NCBI RefSeq assembly: GCF_964194155.1
Contig: NC_135883.1
Coordinates: 19,592,001-19,656,000 of the forward strand
DNA from: Cetorhinus maximus
Taxonomy: Eukaryota
Direction of reading: 5' to 3'
DNA length: 64,000 nt
Of the stretch, positions 1-15,000 are shown one piece after another. Position 1 is the stretch's first letter, and every line of letters starts with the position of its first letter. The position numbers and the translations under genes were made by a program. The notes beneath the pieces are model-generated. The model saw nothing but the letters and a program-made list of their open reading frames with translations, searched no databases and was not told the DNA's origin.

Positions 1-12
1 CTGCTAATCAGT
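1..12 (+). CDS. SMC6: SMC6 exon tail (LLIS)
   Basis: CTG CTA ATC AGT|gtaagt; joins the next exon to give [14 protein letters not shown], compared with vertebrate LLIKNNSVARAVMQ. Confidence 0.8.
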
Positions 13-3000
13 GTAAGTCCTTCTTTAGCAGTTTTATTTTCATAGAATTTCACATGTGACTGTCGTGGTTTAAAAGTTGGAAATTGAATGAATTAGCCTG
101 CATAATGCAGCGTATTGAACCTGAGCCCTTTATATTTGTTAAAAAGCTTGTTTAATCAAATATGTAGTGCATTACTTCAACTGTGATTCCAACGATGTAA
201 CTTGTGGCTAGAGTACTATGTTTGACCAGTTGTGTGCTTATTCAAAACTTTGATTTTTTCAGTCATATTAATCTATAATCTAAGAATTAATTTGCAAATT
301 TCATCTTTTCTTCAGTGGTCTGCTGAGTGAATTGTTTGAAGGCTCACATATTGTGGTTGAGTCTTAACAATTTCAAATCCATTATATTCAGATTACAAGA
401 GCCTGCCTTGCTATCTACCTAATCTCTTAAATTACATTAAGAGAAATAACTTTGTCTGCCAGAACAAAATAATACATTCCCTTCAGCCTCAGTAAGAATA
501 GGACATTGGTAACATGGAATCAATTTGAATTTGTAAATGGGTTGTAATTAGCATAATTGACATGTCATCCAATTAACATAAATCTTTCAAACCTCTTTGA
601 GAAGAAGAATTGCTTATTTAATTCAGAACACGTGCTTAAATTTAGAAGCTTATTTAATTTTTAGTTCTGTCATTAAATCATTGAATTTCTTGTTTTCAGC
701 ATGAATGTCAGTGTGGTAAGAGATAGCCAGCTGCAAAGCAAAGTTTATAGATAAATGCATCATGTGGCGTAGTACTTAAACCATTCCAATTCCTAGTCTG
801 GGATAAATTAGCTAAATTGAACTGGGGGTGGTACAGTTTGCTCTTAACAATTCTATTGTAGGCAGAGAAAAACTAGTGTTCATTTTAAATCCTGATCATT
901 ATCCAGTCAACTAGCGGAAAAGTCCTTTACCCTCCTTAGAGAATATTCCATGAACAATGCCAAAATTGGAGGGGCTGCCCCACAGACTAGTCAAGGAACA
1001 GCATGGCATAGTCATACTTTGTGCTGGGGACTTTGCTGTTTCTGGTGTGTACAAATGATTTGGACTTAAATGTAGGGGGTATGATCAAGAAGTTCACGGA
1101 TGATACAAAAATTGGTAGTGTGGCAAATAGTGAGGAGGATAGCCACAAACTGCAGGAGGATATCAATGGACTGGTCAGGTGGGCAGAGCAGTGGCAAATG
1201 GAATTCAACCCGGAAAACTGTGAGGTAATGTACTTGGGGAGGGCTAACAAGGCAGGGATTACACTATGAATGGTAGGACGCTGGAAAGTACTGAAGATCA
1301 GAGGGACCTTGGTGTGCATATCCACAGATCCCTGAAGGTAGCAGGGCAGGTAGGTAAGGTGGTTAAGAAGGCATATGGGATACTTGCCTTTATTAGCTAA
1401 GGCGTAGAATACAAGAGCAGGGAGGTTATGCTGGAATTGTATAAAACACTGGTTAGGCCACAACTGGAGTACTGTGTGCAGTTCTGGTCACCACATTATA
1501 GGAAGGATGTGATTGCACTGGAGAGGCTGCAGAGGAATTTACCAGAATGTTGCCTGAGCTGGAGGGTCTGAGCTATGAGGAAAGATTGGATAGGCTGGGC
1601 TTTTCCTTGGAGCAGCGAAGACTGAGAGGAGGGGATCTGTTGGAGATGTATAAGATTGTGAGGGGCATAGATAGGATGGATAGGAAGGCACTTTTTCCAT
1701 TAGTAGAGGGCTCAATAACCAGGGGGCATAGTTTTAAGGTAAGAGATAGAAGGCTAAGAGAGGAGTTGATGAGAAATTTTTTCACCCAGAGGGTGGTGGG
1801 AGTCTGGAACTCTTTGCCTGAAAGGAAGGAATGTTTGAGGACTCTGGGTCTATACTCGATGTAGTTTAGAAGGATGAGGGGGGATCTGATTGAAACTTAC
1901 AGAATACTGAAAGGCCTGGATAGAGTTGACGTGGGGAAGATGTTTCCATTAGTAGGAGAGACTAGGACCTGAGGGCACAGCCTCAGAGTAAAGGGAAGAC
2001 ATTTTAGAACAGAGATGAGAAGAAACTTCTTTAGCCAGAGAGTGGTGAATCTATGGAATTCATTGCCACAGAAGGCTGTGGAGGCCAGACCATTGAGTGT
2101 ATTTAAGACCGAGATAGGTTCTTGATTGCTAAAGGGATCAAATGTTACGGGGAGAACGCAGGAGAATGGTGTTGAGAAACTTATCAGCCATGATTGAATG
2201 GCGGAGCAGACTCGATGGGCCGAATGGCCTAATTTCTGCTCCTATGTCTTATGGTTGAGTCAGAAACGCTCGTAACATTTAAGAGGTATTCAGATATTCA
2301 CATGTGTTGCCGTAGCCTCCAGGGCTAAGGGCCAAGCACTAGAAAATGGGATTAGTGTAGTCAGATCTTTGTTGACCAGCACAAACACGATGTGCCAAAT
2401 GGCGGCCTCCTGTGCTATAAACGCCTGAGTCTATAAATCTTACAGCCACTGTCGCTGACACCTCCATTATCATCCCTATATATATTCTGTCCCATTGGCA
2501 GCACAGACCCACTAGAAGTGGTGGCTAAATGGTATGCGGTTGGAAGGGAGTGGCTGTGGGGGTCCTCAACATTGACTTTGCACCCCATGAAGTCTCATGG
2601 CATCAGGTCAAACATGGACAGGGAAACCACCTGTCGATTACCACCTACCACCCTCCCTCAGCTGAAGAAAAGCTGATGAATTAGTACTCCTCCATATTGA
2701 ACACCACTTGGAAGAATCACTGAGGGCACAGAATGTACTCTGGATGGAGGACTTCAATGTCCATCACCAAGAGTGACTCAGGCTGCACCACTACTGATTG
2801 AGGTGACCAAGTCCTGAAGAACATAGTTGCCAGACTGGGCTTGTGGGAAGTGGTGAGAGGACCAACAGGAGAAAAACCTACTTGACCTCACCCTCACCAC
2901 CTAGCCATCAGAGCTGCATCTGTCCATGGCAATGATGGTAATAGTGACCACCGCACAGTTCTTGTGGAGGCAAAGTTTCCCATCTTCATACTGAGGACAC

Positions 3001-6000
3001 CCTCCATCAGGTTGTGTGTCACTACTAACATGCCAGATGGGATAGAGAAAGAACAAATCTAACAGCTCCAAACTGGACATCCATGAGGTGGGCCATCGGT
3101 AACAGCAGAATTGTATTCAACCACAATCTATGGCCTCATGGCTCAACGTTTCCCTCATTTCACCACTACCATCAAGCTGAGAGATTAATCCTGGCTCAAT
3201 GAGGAGTGCAGGGAAGAATGCGCTGAATACCAGGCATGCTTAAAAATGAGGTGCCAGCCTGACGACAACATAAGAATAATGCAAGATAAACAGTCGAACG
3301 ATCCCACAACCAACAGATCTGATCAAAACTGTGCAGTTCTGCCTTTTCCTGCCCTAAACAACTAAGAGGAAGAAGAGGCTCCACATCCATCGCCATCCAA
3401 AATGCTGTTCGATTCCAGCACTTCAGTGCAAGATGCGAGGCTGAAGCATTTGCAACCATTTTCGGCCAGAAGTACCGATGAAATGTTCCATCTCGGCCAC
3501 CTCCTGAGGTCCCCAATATCACGCTTGTCAGTCTTCAGCAATTCATTTCACTCCACATGATGTCAAGAAATGCCGGAAGGCACTGGGTACAGCAAAGGTT
3601 GTGGGTCCTGACAACATGCCGGCTGTAATACTGAAGACTCGGGCTCCAGAACTAGCTGTATCTCTAACCAAGTTGTTCTGCTGCAAATACAACACTGGTA
3701 TCTACCCAGCAAAGTCGAAAATTGCCCAGATATACCCTGACTACAAAAAGCAGCACAAATCCAATCAGGCCAATTATCCAATCAGTTTACTCTAAATCAT
3801 CAGTAAAGTGGTGAAGGGTGTTGTCAGCAGTGCTATCAAGAGACACTCTCTCAGCAATAACCTGCTCACCAATGCACAGTTTGGGTTCTGCTGGGACCAT
3901 TCGGCCCCTGATCTCATTACAAACATGAAGAAAAGAGCTGAATGCAGGAGGTGAGGTTCGAGAGACTGCCCTTGACATCGAGGCAGCATTTGAGAGAGTG
4001 TAACATCAAGGAAACTCTTTCGAGTTACCAACAGTCACAGATTGCAACTTCTTTCGAGTACAATCATAGTTCTTGGTTTCCGGGAGTGGGACATGAACCC
4101 ACAACCCTCTGATTCAAAGGCGAGGGTGCTATGAACTGAGCCACAGCTGACACCTCCTAGCAAAATTGAAGTCCATGGGAATTGGTGGAAAAACCCTCCA
4201 CTGTTTGGAGTCATACCTAGCACAAAGGTAGATGCTTGTATTTGTTAGAGACCAATCATCTCAGCCCCAGGACATTGCTGCAGGAGTTCCTCGTGTTAGT
4301 GTCTAGGCCTAGCCATTTTAGCTGTTTCTTCAATGACCTCCCTCCATCTTAAGGTCAGATGTGGGGATGTTTGCTTATGATTGCGCAGTGTTTAGTACTG
4401 TTTGCAACACTTCAGATACTGAAACATTCCGTGCCTGCATGCAGCAAGACCTGAGCAACATTTGGGCTTGGGCTGATAAGTGGCGAGTAACATTTGCCAG
4501 GCTATGATTATCTCCAACAAATAATCTAACCATCTCCCCTTGACATTCAACAGTGTTACCATCGCTGAATTTCCATCATCAACACCTTAGGAGTTACCAT
4601 TGACCAGAGATTTAACTGGACCAACCATATAAATACTGTGGCTATAAGAGTAGGTCAGAGGCTAGCAATTCTGTGGTGGATAAAATGCATCTTAACTTTC
4701 CAAGCCTGTTACCATCTATAAGTCACAAGTCAAGAGTGTGATGAAATACTCTCCACTTGCTTGGATGAGTGCAGCTCCAACAGCACTCAAAGTTTGACAC
4801 CATCCAGAACAAAGCAGCCCACTTGATTGACACCCCAATATATCACCTTAAACATTCACTCCCTCCACCAACCAATATTCGTAGCAGTGTGTACCTTCTA
4901 CTAGATGCACAGCAGGAACTCACCAAGCCTCCTGAAAACACCCTCCAAATCTGAGACCTCTACCATCTAGATGGATAAGGGCAGCAGTTGCATGGGGATG
5001 CCACCACTTGCAAATAAACCTCCAAGCCACATACGCACATGAAACATATAAGATCCTGAGGGGTCATGACAGGATGGATGCAGAAAGGATGTTTCCTCTT
5101 GTGGGAGAATCTAGAACTAGGGGTCACTGTTTAAAAATAAGGGGTCGCCCATTTAAAAGAGATTAGTTGAAATTTTTTTGCTTACAGGGTTGTGAATCTT
5201 TGGAACTCTCTTCCTGTAGAAGATAGTGGAAGCAGTGTCTTTGAATATTTTTAAGGCAGAGGTTGATAGATTCTTGGTAAGCAAGGAGATGATAGGTTAT
5301 CGGGGGTGGGTGGGATTCAGATTTCGGGTTACTATCAGATCAGCCATGATCTTATTAAATGGCAGAACAGGCTTGAGGGGCTGATTGGCCTACTCCTCCT
5401 TGTTCATATGTTCATCCTGACTTGGAACTAAGTGCTGTTCCTTCACTGTCACTGAGTGAAAATCCTGGAACTCACTCTCTCTAACAGCACCATGGGTGTA
5501 CCTTTACTGCATGGACGCCAGTGGTTCAAGAAGGCAACTCGCCACCATTTTCTCGAGGGCACTTAGGGTTGGGTGACAAAGATAAGGTGGTTAAGAAGGC
5601 ATATGGGATACTTGCCCTTATTAGCTGAGGCGTAGAATACAAGAGCAGGGAGGTTATGCTGGAATTGTATAAAACGCTGGTTAGGCCACAACTGGAGTAC
5701 TGTGTGCAGTTCTGGTCACCACATTATAGGAAGGATGTGATTGCACTGGAGAGGCTGCAGAGGAAATTTACCAGAATGTTGCCTGAGCTGGAGGGTCTGA
5801 GCTATGAGGAAAGATTGGATAGGCTGGGTTTTTCCTTGGAGCAGCGAAAATTGAGAGGGGATCTGTTGGAGATGTCTAAGATTGTGAGGGGCAACATTCA
5901 CAGCCTGTAGAATTATAGAAAGGTTGCAGCACTGAAGGAGGCCGTTCAGCCCATCATGTCCATGGCAGCTCTCTTTAAGAGCTACTCAACCAGCCCCATT

Positions 6001-9000
6001 CCCCTGCCTTTTCCCATAGCTCTGCATTTTTGTTCTTTTTAGGTATTTATGCAGCTCTCTTTTGAAAGCTACGGTTGAATCTGCCTCCACCACACTTCTG
6101 GGCTGTGCATTCCAGGTGCTAACCTCTCCTGGATTTAAGAAATGTTTTTCCTCATGTCGCTGTTTCTTCTTTTGCCAATCACCTTAAATTGGTGCCCTCT
6201 GGTTTCCAATTCTTCCTCCAGAGCTGTAGGCTTATGGGTGTGAGTGTGGATGGTTCTGTCTGTGTGACTTATTTAATTAGACTAGAGAACACTTAGACTA
6301 CAAGATTGAAATTATTAACAGTTAGGTGTAACTTTTGAAGTGGAGATAAGAAGCTAGGATGAGGGTTCCACATATAGCGTGTGAAGGAAATATGCGTTTT
6401 TAGATAAGTGAAGGGGTTCTTTGATTTTCAATGAGATAGTGCAATATTTACAACTGGCAAGTGAGGCAAAGCAATACGTTTGTTTTTCCTAAAAGGAAAA
6501 GGCCATATTGATAACATGAAAGATTTTTATATTATGGGAAAAGTAACTTTCCAAAGACATTGTAGAACAATGGGGTTTTACACATTAAAGAAAGAGAAAC
6601 ATATATAACGAAGGATGGAAGACTGTTTGGGGTGTGGCCATGTAAAACCTGGAAAGATACACCGTGTGAACCAGACTTGGGAAAAACCTTTAGCCACTCT
6701 GAAGAAGTGCTGCACCAGTAACTAAAGTTGTGTTAAAAGCCTTTGGAATTCCACTGTCAAGTGGGTGTTTTAGTAACCTGGCAGGATTGCCTATTTGAAT
6801 TTAAAATATATTTTGGACTGTTGCTGTAAAGGGGGTGTGTGGTTGGGAGTCAAGTTAATTCGGAATTTTTGGAATTTGTTATAATACTATCATTGTAATC
6901 TTATGTATATGTTTGAATTCTTTTCTTTTGTTGATAAATGCTTTAATTTAATTTTCAAAATCTCTAAAGGTGTTAGTTGTCTCATTACTTCTGAATTCAG
7001 TGCACAAATCTTCCTGTAATAAATACAAATTGCAAAACCGTTGTGATAGTGTGGCCAAGTTTCCCTTGTGGATTTGGTCCGCCTGGCACATATCACCTGC
7101 CACATCATAACAAAAGAGAATAGTTTTTCCCTGTTGCTCCCTCCAGGCTCTTCATGATTTTGAACACTCTGATTCAATCTCTCTCGACCTTGTCTTTGGA
7201 GAAAACAGACGCAGCTTCCCCAATCTGTTGTTGAAACTGAAGCCTTTCACCCCCGGAGGCATTCTTATGAAATAGGGGCAGTAGTAGACAATATAGCCCC
7301 TTGAGCCTGCCCCACCATTCAGTATGATCATAGCTGACCCTCAGCCTCAACCCCACTTCCCACTGCTCCCCATATCCCTTGATTCCAGGAGATACCAAAT
7401 ATCTGTCTATTTCAGCCTTAAATCTTTTCAGCAATGGAGCATCCACAGCCCTTTGTGGTAGAGAATTCCAAAAATACACAACCTTTTGAAGAAATTGCTC
7501 ATCTTAGCCCGAAATGTTCGGCTGCTTATCCGGCGATTGTGTTCTAGATTCTCTAGCCAGGGGAAATAACTTGTCGGTGTCTACCCTATGAATCCCTCCA
7601 GAATCCTGTGTACTTCAATAAGATCACCTTTCACTCTTCTAAGCTTCTGAGAGTACAAATATAATTTACTTGGGTTCTCATCGTAGGACAACCCTCTCAT
7701 CCTTGGGACGAACCTAGTGAATCTTTGCTGTGTCACCTCCAATGCAAGTATATCCTTAAGTATGGAAACCAAAGCTGCACACTACTCTAGGTGTGGTCTC
7801 ACCAAAGCCTTATACAATTATAGCAAGGTTTCCTTACTCTCGTACTCCAATCCCCTTGCAATAAAGGTCAACATGCCACTTGCCTTCCTAATTACTTGCT
7901 GTACCTGCATGCTAATTTTTTGTGTTCCTTGTATGAGTACACCCAAGTTCTTCTGAACATCAACATTTACAAGTTTCATGCCTATTAAAAATATTATGCT
8001 TTTCCATTACTACCATGTTGAATGATCTCACTTCCCTACGTTATACTCCATCTGCCACCGTGTTGCCCACTCACTTAAACTATCTATATCTCTTTGCAGC
8101 CTCTTTGTGTCCTCATCTCAGCTTGCATCTCCCCCAAGCTTTGTTTCATCAGCAATCCTAGATACATTACTCTTTCTGTCTCTTCGTTTAAGTCATTAAT
8201 ATAGATTATAAATAGCTGAAGCCCCAGCATTAATCCTTGTGACACTCCACCAGTCACAGCCTGACAACTTGAAAACACCCTGTTTATCTATACTCATTGC
8301 TTCCTGTCTGTTAACCAACCTTTTATCCATGTTAATATATTACCCCCAATTCCATCAGCCCTTATCTTGTATCGCAAAAAAAGGTCAATACACCTAATTG
8401 AATACCTTTTGGAAATCCAAGTATACTACATCCACTGGTTCTCCTTTATCTACCCTACCAGTTACACCCTCAAAGTTTCAGTAGATTTGTGAAACATGAT
8501 TTCCCTTTTATAAAACTATATTACTTTGTCTGATCATACTATCATTTTCTAAGTGCATTACTAAGGTTTCCTTAATAGATTGCTGCATTTTCCCGACAAC
8601 TGACATTAGGTTAACTGGCCTGCCGTTCCCTTTTTTCTCTCTTCCCCTCTTTCTTGAATAGTGGTGTTACATTTACTAACTTCCAATCTGCTTAAACCAT
8701 TCTAGAATCTAGGGAGTTTTCAAAAATCAGAAGCAGGTTCTGTATCTTGTCTGGGGAATTTCCCTGCCGCCAGTACCAGACTTTTAAAATTCTAAACTAA
8801 ACATTCATTTGTTAAAAGTAGAAATGTACCAGAAAATAAATGTTATAATATAATTTTACTTAATTTGAGGCAGATTTCTGTTTATATATTCTAACTTCAT
8901 GCTTTGATTTCATTGTCTAGTGAGAGTTGGATTCATTGCAATCGGAAACCTGGTTCATTGCTATTTTGTCTCTATAATTGCAATACGGTGTGCAGAATGC

Positions 9001-12000
9001 TAACTCACTGCATAAACATGGCTGCGTTGTGTGATTTTTATCAGTAGCCAAAGGGTAATATAGCCAACAGATTATTTAATTGCCCTTCATAGAACAATGA
9101 GTAATATCTTGAGTAACTCTGCACTGGAATTTGTCTCAAACAAACACTTTAACCGTAAACAAATTCTAGCAAGAAACTAAGTATTTGCCGTTTCATTTCT
9201 AGAGCAACAGCAGGGCTCGTGAAATTATGCAACAGCAAAAACCACCCGTAAACTGTAGAGAAGCCTTTACTGCAGCAGGTGACCAGGTCTTTGTCAACCG
9301 CTATTACTCTTCAGAAACAGACAGGGCAAGATACTTGGGTGGTGATGTGGAATCAGAAATCAGGTTTGTAAATTTCTCTATCAACTATCTTAATATTGCA
9401 ACTTTACCAAAAAAATGCAGGCTGGAGCAGTAAGTCTTTAAAGATATTCTGGGGGTTCAGTCCTGTACATGCTTCACCTTTTCCCCTCCTCCCTCCACAC
9501 CCTGTCACTTTTCTTCCCCCTTCCTTGTCAGTCTTCCCTTCTGTCTTGGTGTATGTTCAAGTATGATTCTGAATCGTTAGGTGATAATGTGCTAATGGTT
9601 GAGAGAGGTTGGCATAACAAATGAAGAAACTAAATTGAATAGGTTGTTCTATAACCTGATATTGATGAAAAGTTTGTAATGCTAGTTTTTCTAAAACATT
9701 AAAGAATAAAGAAGTTAGCAATGTTGTCGTGCAGCATACTAGCATTACAAATTGTAAACTACAGAGAAGTAAAATGCCAGCATATCACCCCGCTGAGATT
9801 TCATCTTGTTTGTCTTGTGAACTAAATTATGCCCTTTTTATGAAAAACTGATCATAATCAACAAAGTTTAAATGATGACATCCTCGAGTGCCATATTAGT
9901 GTTGAATAATAACTCCTGTATGTTCCCTGACTGTTAATTCCAATCCATTTATAATGCCATTCTTTAAGAATATAATATTGCTAAGTAGTTAGAATTCTGT
10001 TGTTTATTCAGTCTTTCGGTTGACTATGAAGTATGCACGTTGTCCAGTAAATATCAATGCAAGGAGTTGGTGCAACTAAATATGCAATTCTACTATGCAG
10101 ATTCACCATTAGGAACAAATCTGCACCCTGGTCTGCTATTTAATGGGTGCCTGCCCATTTGTGCGAGTTCAGAAAAGCATTATTACTAAACGAGGAAATG
10201 TATATTAAGTACTTTTTGTTTTCCAGCAATATAAGCACTTTGGTCAGTATGCTTTTTTTTGTATTACAGTCGGCTGGAAATGGAAGTGAGCAATAAAATG
10301 GCGAAAATATCACATTTTCAACAACGATTGCAGTCAATAGTAGAAGAAATTCAGATAAATGAATCTCAGATGAAATTGAAACAAATGCAAAAGAGGAAAG
10401 TCCAGGTCTGTATTTAAAAATGGGAAAGAAACATGCTTTACTGTATTTTTACATAAAAAGGAAAATAACCTTCCCATATACTTTTTAATTTTTTTTTTGC
10501 TTCAGGAAAATATGACAAAGATAAAGCTAGAAATTACAGACTTGGAAAATGTGGACGAGCCCCAGTCTGTGGATATTTCCACGCTGGTGAGTGCCTTCAT
10601 CTTTTTTGAATTAGTTCATACCTCTTACGTTACAATTTCAAATTGTGCACAAAATAGGCTTTTGAATTTTCTTTTCATGTTATTTTTTTGGTGACTTGTG
10701 ATTGCTTGAAGATAAGTCATTCATACCAGTTTGGATGATAACTGATTCCTTTCTAGTAGACTCAACTTCTCATTTCTTAAAAAAAAAACTAGGAAGAAGA
10801 AGTGCAGGATATCTGGCACAGAATTGAATCTGGCAAGGATAAGTTGGAGCTGGCAAGGAAGGATATGGATGAGCACCGCAAGATAGTGAATGAGGCTGAA
10901 CAAAAGTATAAAGAGATAAAGGAAAAGATCAATTCAATAGCTGAAGGAGCTGATCCAATAAAGGTGCAAATTGATTGTGTAAAGTTTTCCAACTTTTCTT
11001 AGTTTGTTTCAGAATTGCATTATCGTCTTTAAAATGACCTGCATTTCTTCATAATAGGATGACCTAAATAAGATTGACACAGAAGTTGGAAAGTGTAAAC
11101 ATCATAAAAGACATTATGAAGAGAAAAGAAAAGAACACTTGGATGGGATAGGTAAACTGAGAGAGAGCCTGGAAAGTAAAGAAAAAGTTTTGGAGGTATA
11201 TACAAATTTTTCTTTCTACCAGTGATCATCTGATAACGCATCATTATAAGCTTTATAAAGGAAAGTCATAGCGTTGTAGAAATATTAATGTGGAAAATTT
11301 TAACTTATATCCTTAATTGTTTTAAGCACAGTTACTATTGTTATATAGGCAAATTATTTGACTACTTTATCTATTGTTTGACTACAGGTGAATATTTTCA
11401 ATTTTTTTCTGAAAAATATTTTTGGATTATTTTTCAATAAAGTTTTTAAATGATATAATTTTGATAATTCAGTTTTCAAAGAGCACTTAGAAATTTGATG
11501 AGAATAAAGTAATTATCATTAGCCAGTAAAGTGTTTCCCTTACCCCACCAATGTTCCTTTGCTCTTCTCCCTCCTTCCTTGAAGATCTAGAATTTATGCT
11601 AGGGATTAGTTATGTTAGTGCTGTGGTTATTGGTAATTGGGTAAGAGACATTCACGTGTAATATTTGTCTGAGAGTCACAGTTATTTGCCACAAAGCACA
11701 TTGCAGCTGAATCTGACCCTGCCTTTATCATATATTTAAATATTCAGGGTTTGTTTATTATTTTGCCCATCCATTATCCAAGGACTCTGAGGCATATTGT
11801 AGTATTCTTATTACTGAGCTGGTGGAGATCAACAAACTCAGACTGGGGTTTGAAACTGTCACCTTCCTGGTGTGTGTGGCTCATCTACTCATGCAAACTT
11901 GTTGAGCTGTTGGAGGAACTGTTAAAAATAATTTTGGAAAGTAATTTGCATTGAAACAATGTTTTGACACATTTGCAAATCGAGATGGTGCCACAAAACA

Positions 12001-15000
12001 TTCAATTTCAATAGAAGGCCTTCCTTCAGCACCAAGCACATATCCTTTCAGAATACTGGTCTCGGCTCCAGTTGACTGTTTGTGCCTCCTGAACCACAAA
12101 ATTACAACATGCTTGAAAATGTAATTCATATGTCTGTTTTTTATGAACGTTAATAGCTTTTTAGTACAGTTGATTTAGAACATGAGCATTTGCTGGCATT
12201 CAACAAAAAAGCAGATAAAATTCCAGCGATTAATGCTGCATTCTGCTGTTGCAATTGTTTTGTTTAACTGTTGTGAATATGGAACTTGGGGCATAATTGA
12301 AAAGATGATATGCTAATACAGTACCACAATAGTCATTCAGTTAGTGTAAAAGTATGTTGTAATCCAGAGTCCCACAAACTTAAAAATACTTTTCTCAGTA
12401 TCCTGCTTTTTCTTTTATTTCAACTGTTTGTGTCACCTTTGCCCTGATTCTTTGAGGCTGCATTGTTTCACCAGCACACTCCAACCTGATTTAGCCCCAG
12501 CATTCAGAACACTGGTTGGAATGTACGACTCCCTTAACACTCAAATATTTAAATGGTGCTGTCTAGAGTTCTGTTGTTGAATAGGCGATAGCCCAGCATA
12601 GTAGGCATGGAGCCTGAGCCTAGACAGCTCTCTGGAGGGCAAGTTGCCATAGATGTTAAGAGCACAGAAGGAGGCCATTCGGCTCATCAGCTCTTTGTTG
12701 CAGCAATCCAAAACTAATCTTGCTGCCTTGCTTTGTATCAATAGTCTTGAATTATTCACTGCTCCAAATATTTATCCAATTTTCACTTAAAGCAGTAGTC
12801 TTTGCCTCAGCTTATAGTAAATAATTTCATGTTCTTACAACTCTGTTTCAAAACAGAACTGAGCCCCCTTTCATGGCCTCCCTAACCAGAGAAAATAAGC
12901 TTTCCCTATTTGCTATCAAAACTCCTCGTGATTTGAAAAATTTCTGTTTGATCTTCTATTGACCATTTAAATGTCACAACCAAGTGGACACTAGTTGAAT
13001 GGAATATGCTAATAATGTGATGCTGCATTTGCCGTCTTCTGCCGAAATTGTTCAACTGACAAGGGAATTAGGATGGTTCGAACTTGTATGTTAGACTTTC
13101 GTTGTTGGAGCCAGCTGTACAGAGACTTAAATTTACCATCTTGCATGCTCGTACATATGGTAACAGAAATTATACATGGTGCTGCTGCATGAAATACATT
13201 GGTAGTTGGGATGAGATTGTTGTGCCAAGTGCCCTATTTTCCTTTCTCGGCTCCTTATGTTCTTGTTTATCCTAGGAAAATACTGCTAAAGCCAAGCAGA
13301 TTTATGCAGAGCGACTGGAGGTTGTTAGAACTCCCAAAAGCATTGATGTGGAGATCAATCGACTAAGAGAGAGAATCAGCACAGAACAAGAACGCCATGG
13401 GAACAAAGAAGAAATTACAAGGTGCTTACCCTATATGTAATGTGCATAACAAACAATCAATCCCATTGCTATTTTTTTAGTCTTGCAAATAGGAAAAGAA
13501 CATTCATTTCTTGATGCCCCTTGTGGTCTCAGGATATCCGAAAATGCGTACTAGCCAGTCAATTACTTTTGCAGTGTAGCCAATACTATAATTTAGTTTG
13601 CACACAGCAGGATTCCACGAACAATGGGATAGATACCAGATTTTTTAGTTATGTTGATTGGGAGATTGTATATAGAACATGCCCATCTCCCGCGCACCCG
13701 CCCTCACACCTTCCTCTCCCTCCCAGAACCATGATAGGATCCCCCTTGTCCTCACTTATCACCCCACCAGCCTCCGCGTACAAAGGATCATCCACCGCCA
13801 TTTCTGCCAACTCCAGCATGATGCCACTACCAAACACATCTTTCCTTCACCCCCCCAGCGGCTTCCGCAGGGATCATTCCCTCCGGAACACCCTGGTCCA
13901 CTCCTCCGTCACCCCCTACACTTCAACCCCCTCCCACGGCACCTTCCCATGCAACCGCAGAAGGTGCAACACCTGCCTCTTTACTTCCCCCCTCCTCACC
14001 GTCCAAGGGCCCAAACACTCCTTTCAAGTGAAGCAGTGCTTCACTTGCACTTCCCTCAATTTAACCTACTGCATTCGCTGCTCCCAATGTGGTCTCCTCT
14101 ACATTGGAGAGACCAAACGCAGACTAGGTGACCACTTTGCTGAACACCTTTGGTCTGTCTGCAAGCATGACCCAGATCTCCCTGTCGCTTGCCATTTCAA
14201 CACACCACCCTGCTCTCATGCCCACATGTCTGTCCTTGGCCTGCTGCATTGTTCCAGTGAAGCTCAATGCAAACTGGAGGAACAGCACCTCATCTTCCGA
14301 CTAGGCACTTTACAGCCTTCCGGACTGAATATTGAGTTCAACAACTTTAGGTCGTGAACTCTCTCTTCCATCCCCACCCCCTTTCCGATCCCCCTTTTTC
14401 CAATTATAATTTAAAAAAATATATTTTTCTTTTCCCACCTATTTTTTAAAATTTATTTCGACCTATTGTTTTATCTCTGCCTTTTAGCCCATTTCGATCC
14501 CTTCCCCCCCACCCCACCCCCATTAGGGCCATCTGCCACTTGCTTGTCCTGCTTGCTACCCTTAATGTCCCCATTAGCACATTCTTTAGATAATGTCACC
14601 ACCGTCAACACCCCTTTGTCCTTTTGTCTATGACATCTTTGGCAATCTCTTCTTTGCCCCCACCTATCACTGGCCCTCTATCCAGCTCTGACTGTCCCAC
14701 CCCTCTCTACCAGCTTATATTTCACCTCATTTCTCTATCTCCTTAGCTCTGATGAAGAGTCCTACGGACTTGAAACGTCAATTGTGTTCCTCTCCGCAGA
14801 TGCTGTCAGACCTGCTGAGTTTTTCCAGCTATTTTTGTTTTTGTTTCAGATTTCCAGCATCCACAGCATTTTGCTTTTATCTCAAGGATATATTGGTCCT
14901 GATTTTTCTTCTATTACCCTCCAAAAGACCCTGTTTTTTTGGTTAATGTTGCTTGGTTTGACTTTCTAAATGTTAGAAAGCTAAAGATTTGTATTCTCAT

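Noticed and set aside
11560-12660. Possible ancient SINE-like or conserved non-coding segments (also ~700-930 and 26860-27830)
   Set aside because: Too degraded to assign by eye; needs a Dfam HMM search.
13521-14357. 278-aa ORF as a host gene
   Set aside because: Chimera of SINE sequence and the Penelope GIY-YIG C-terminus.
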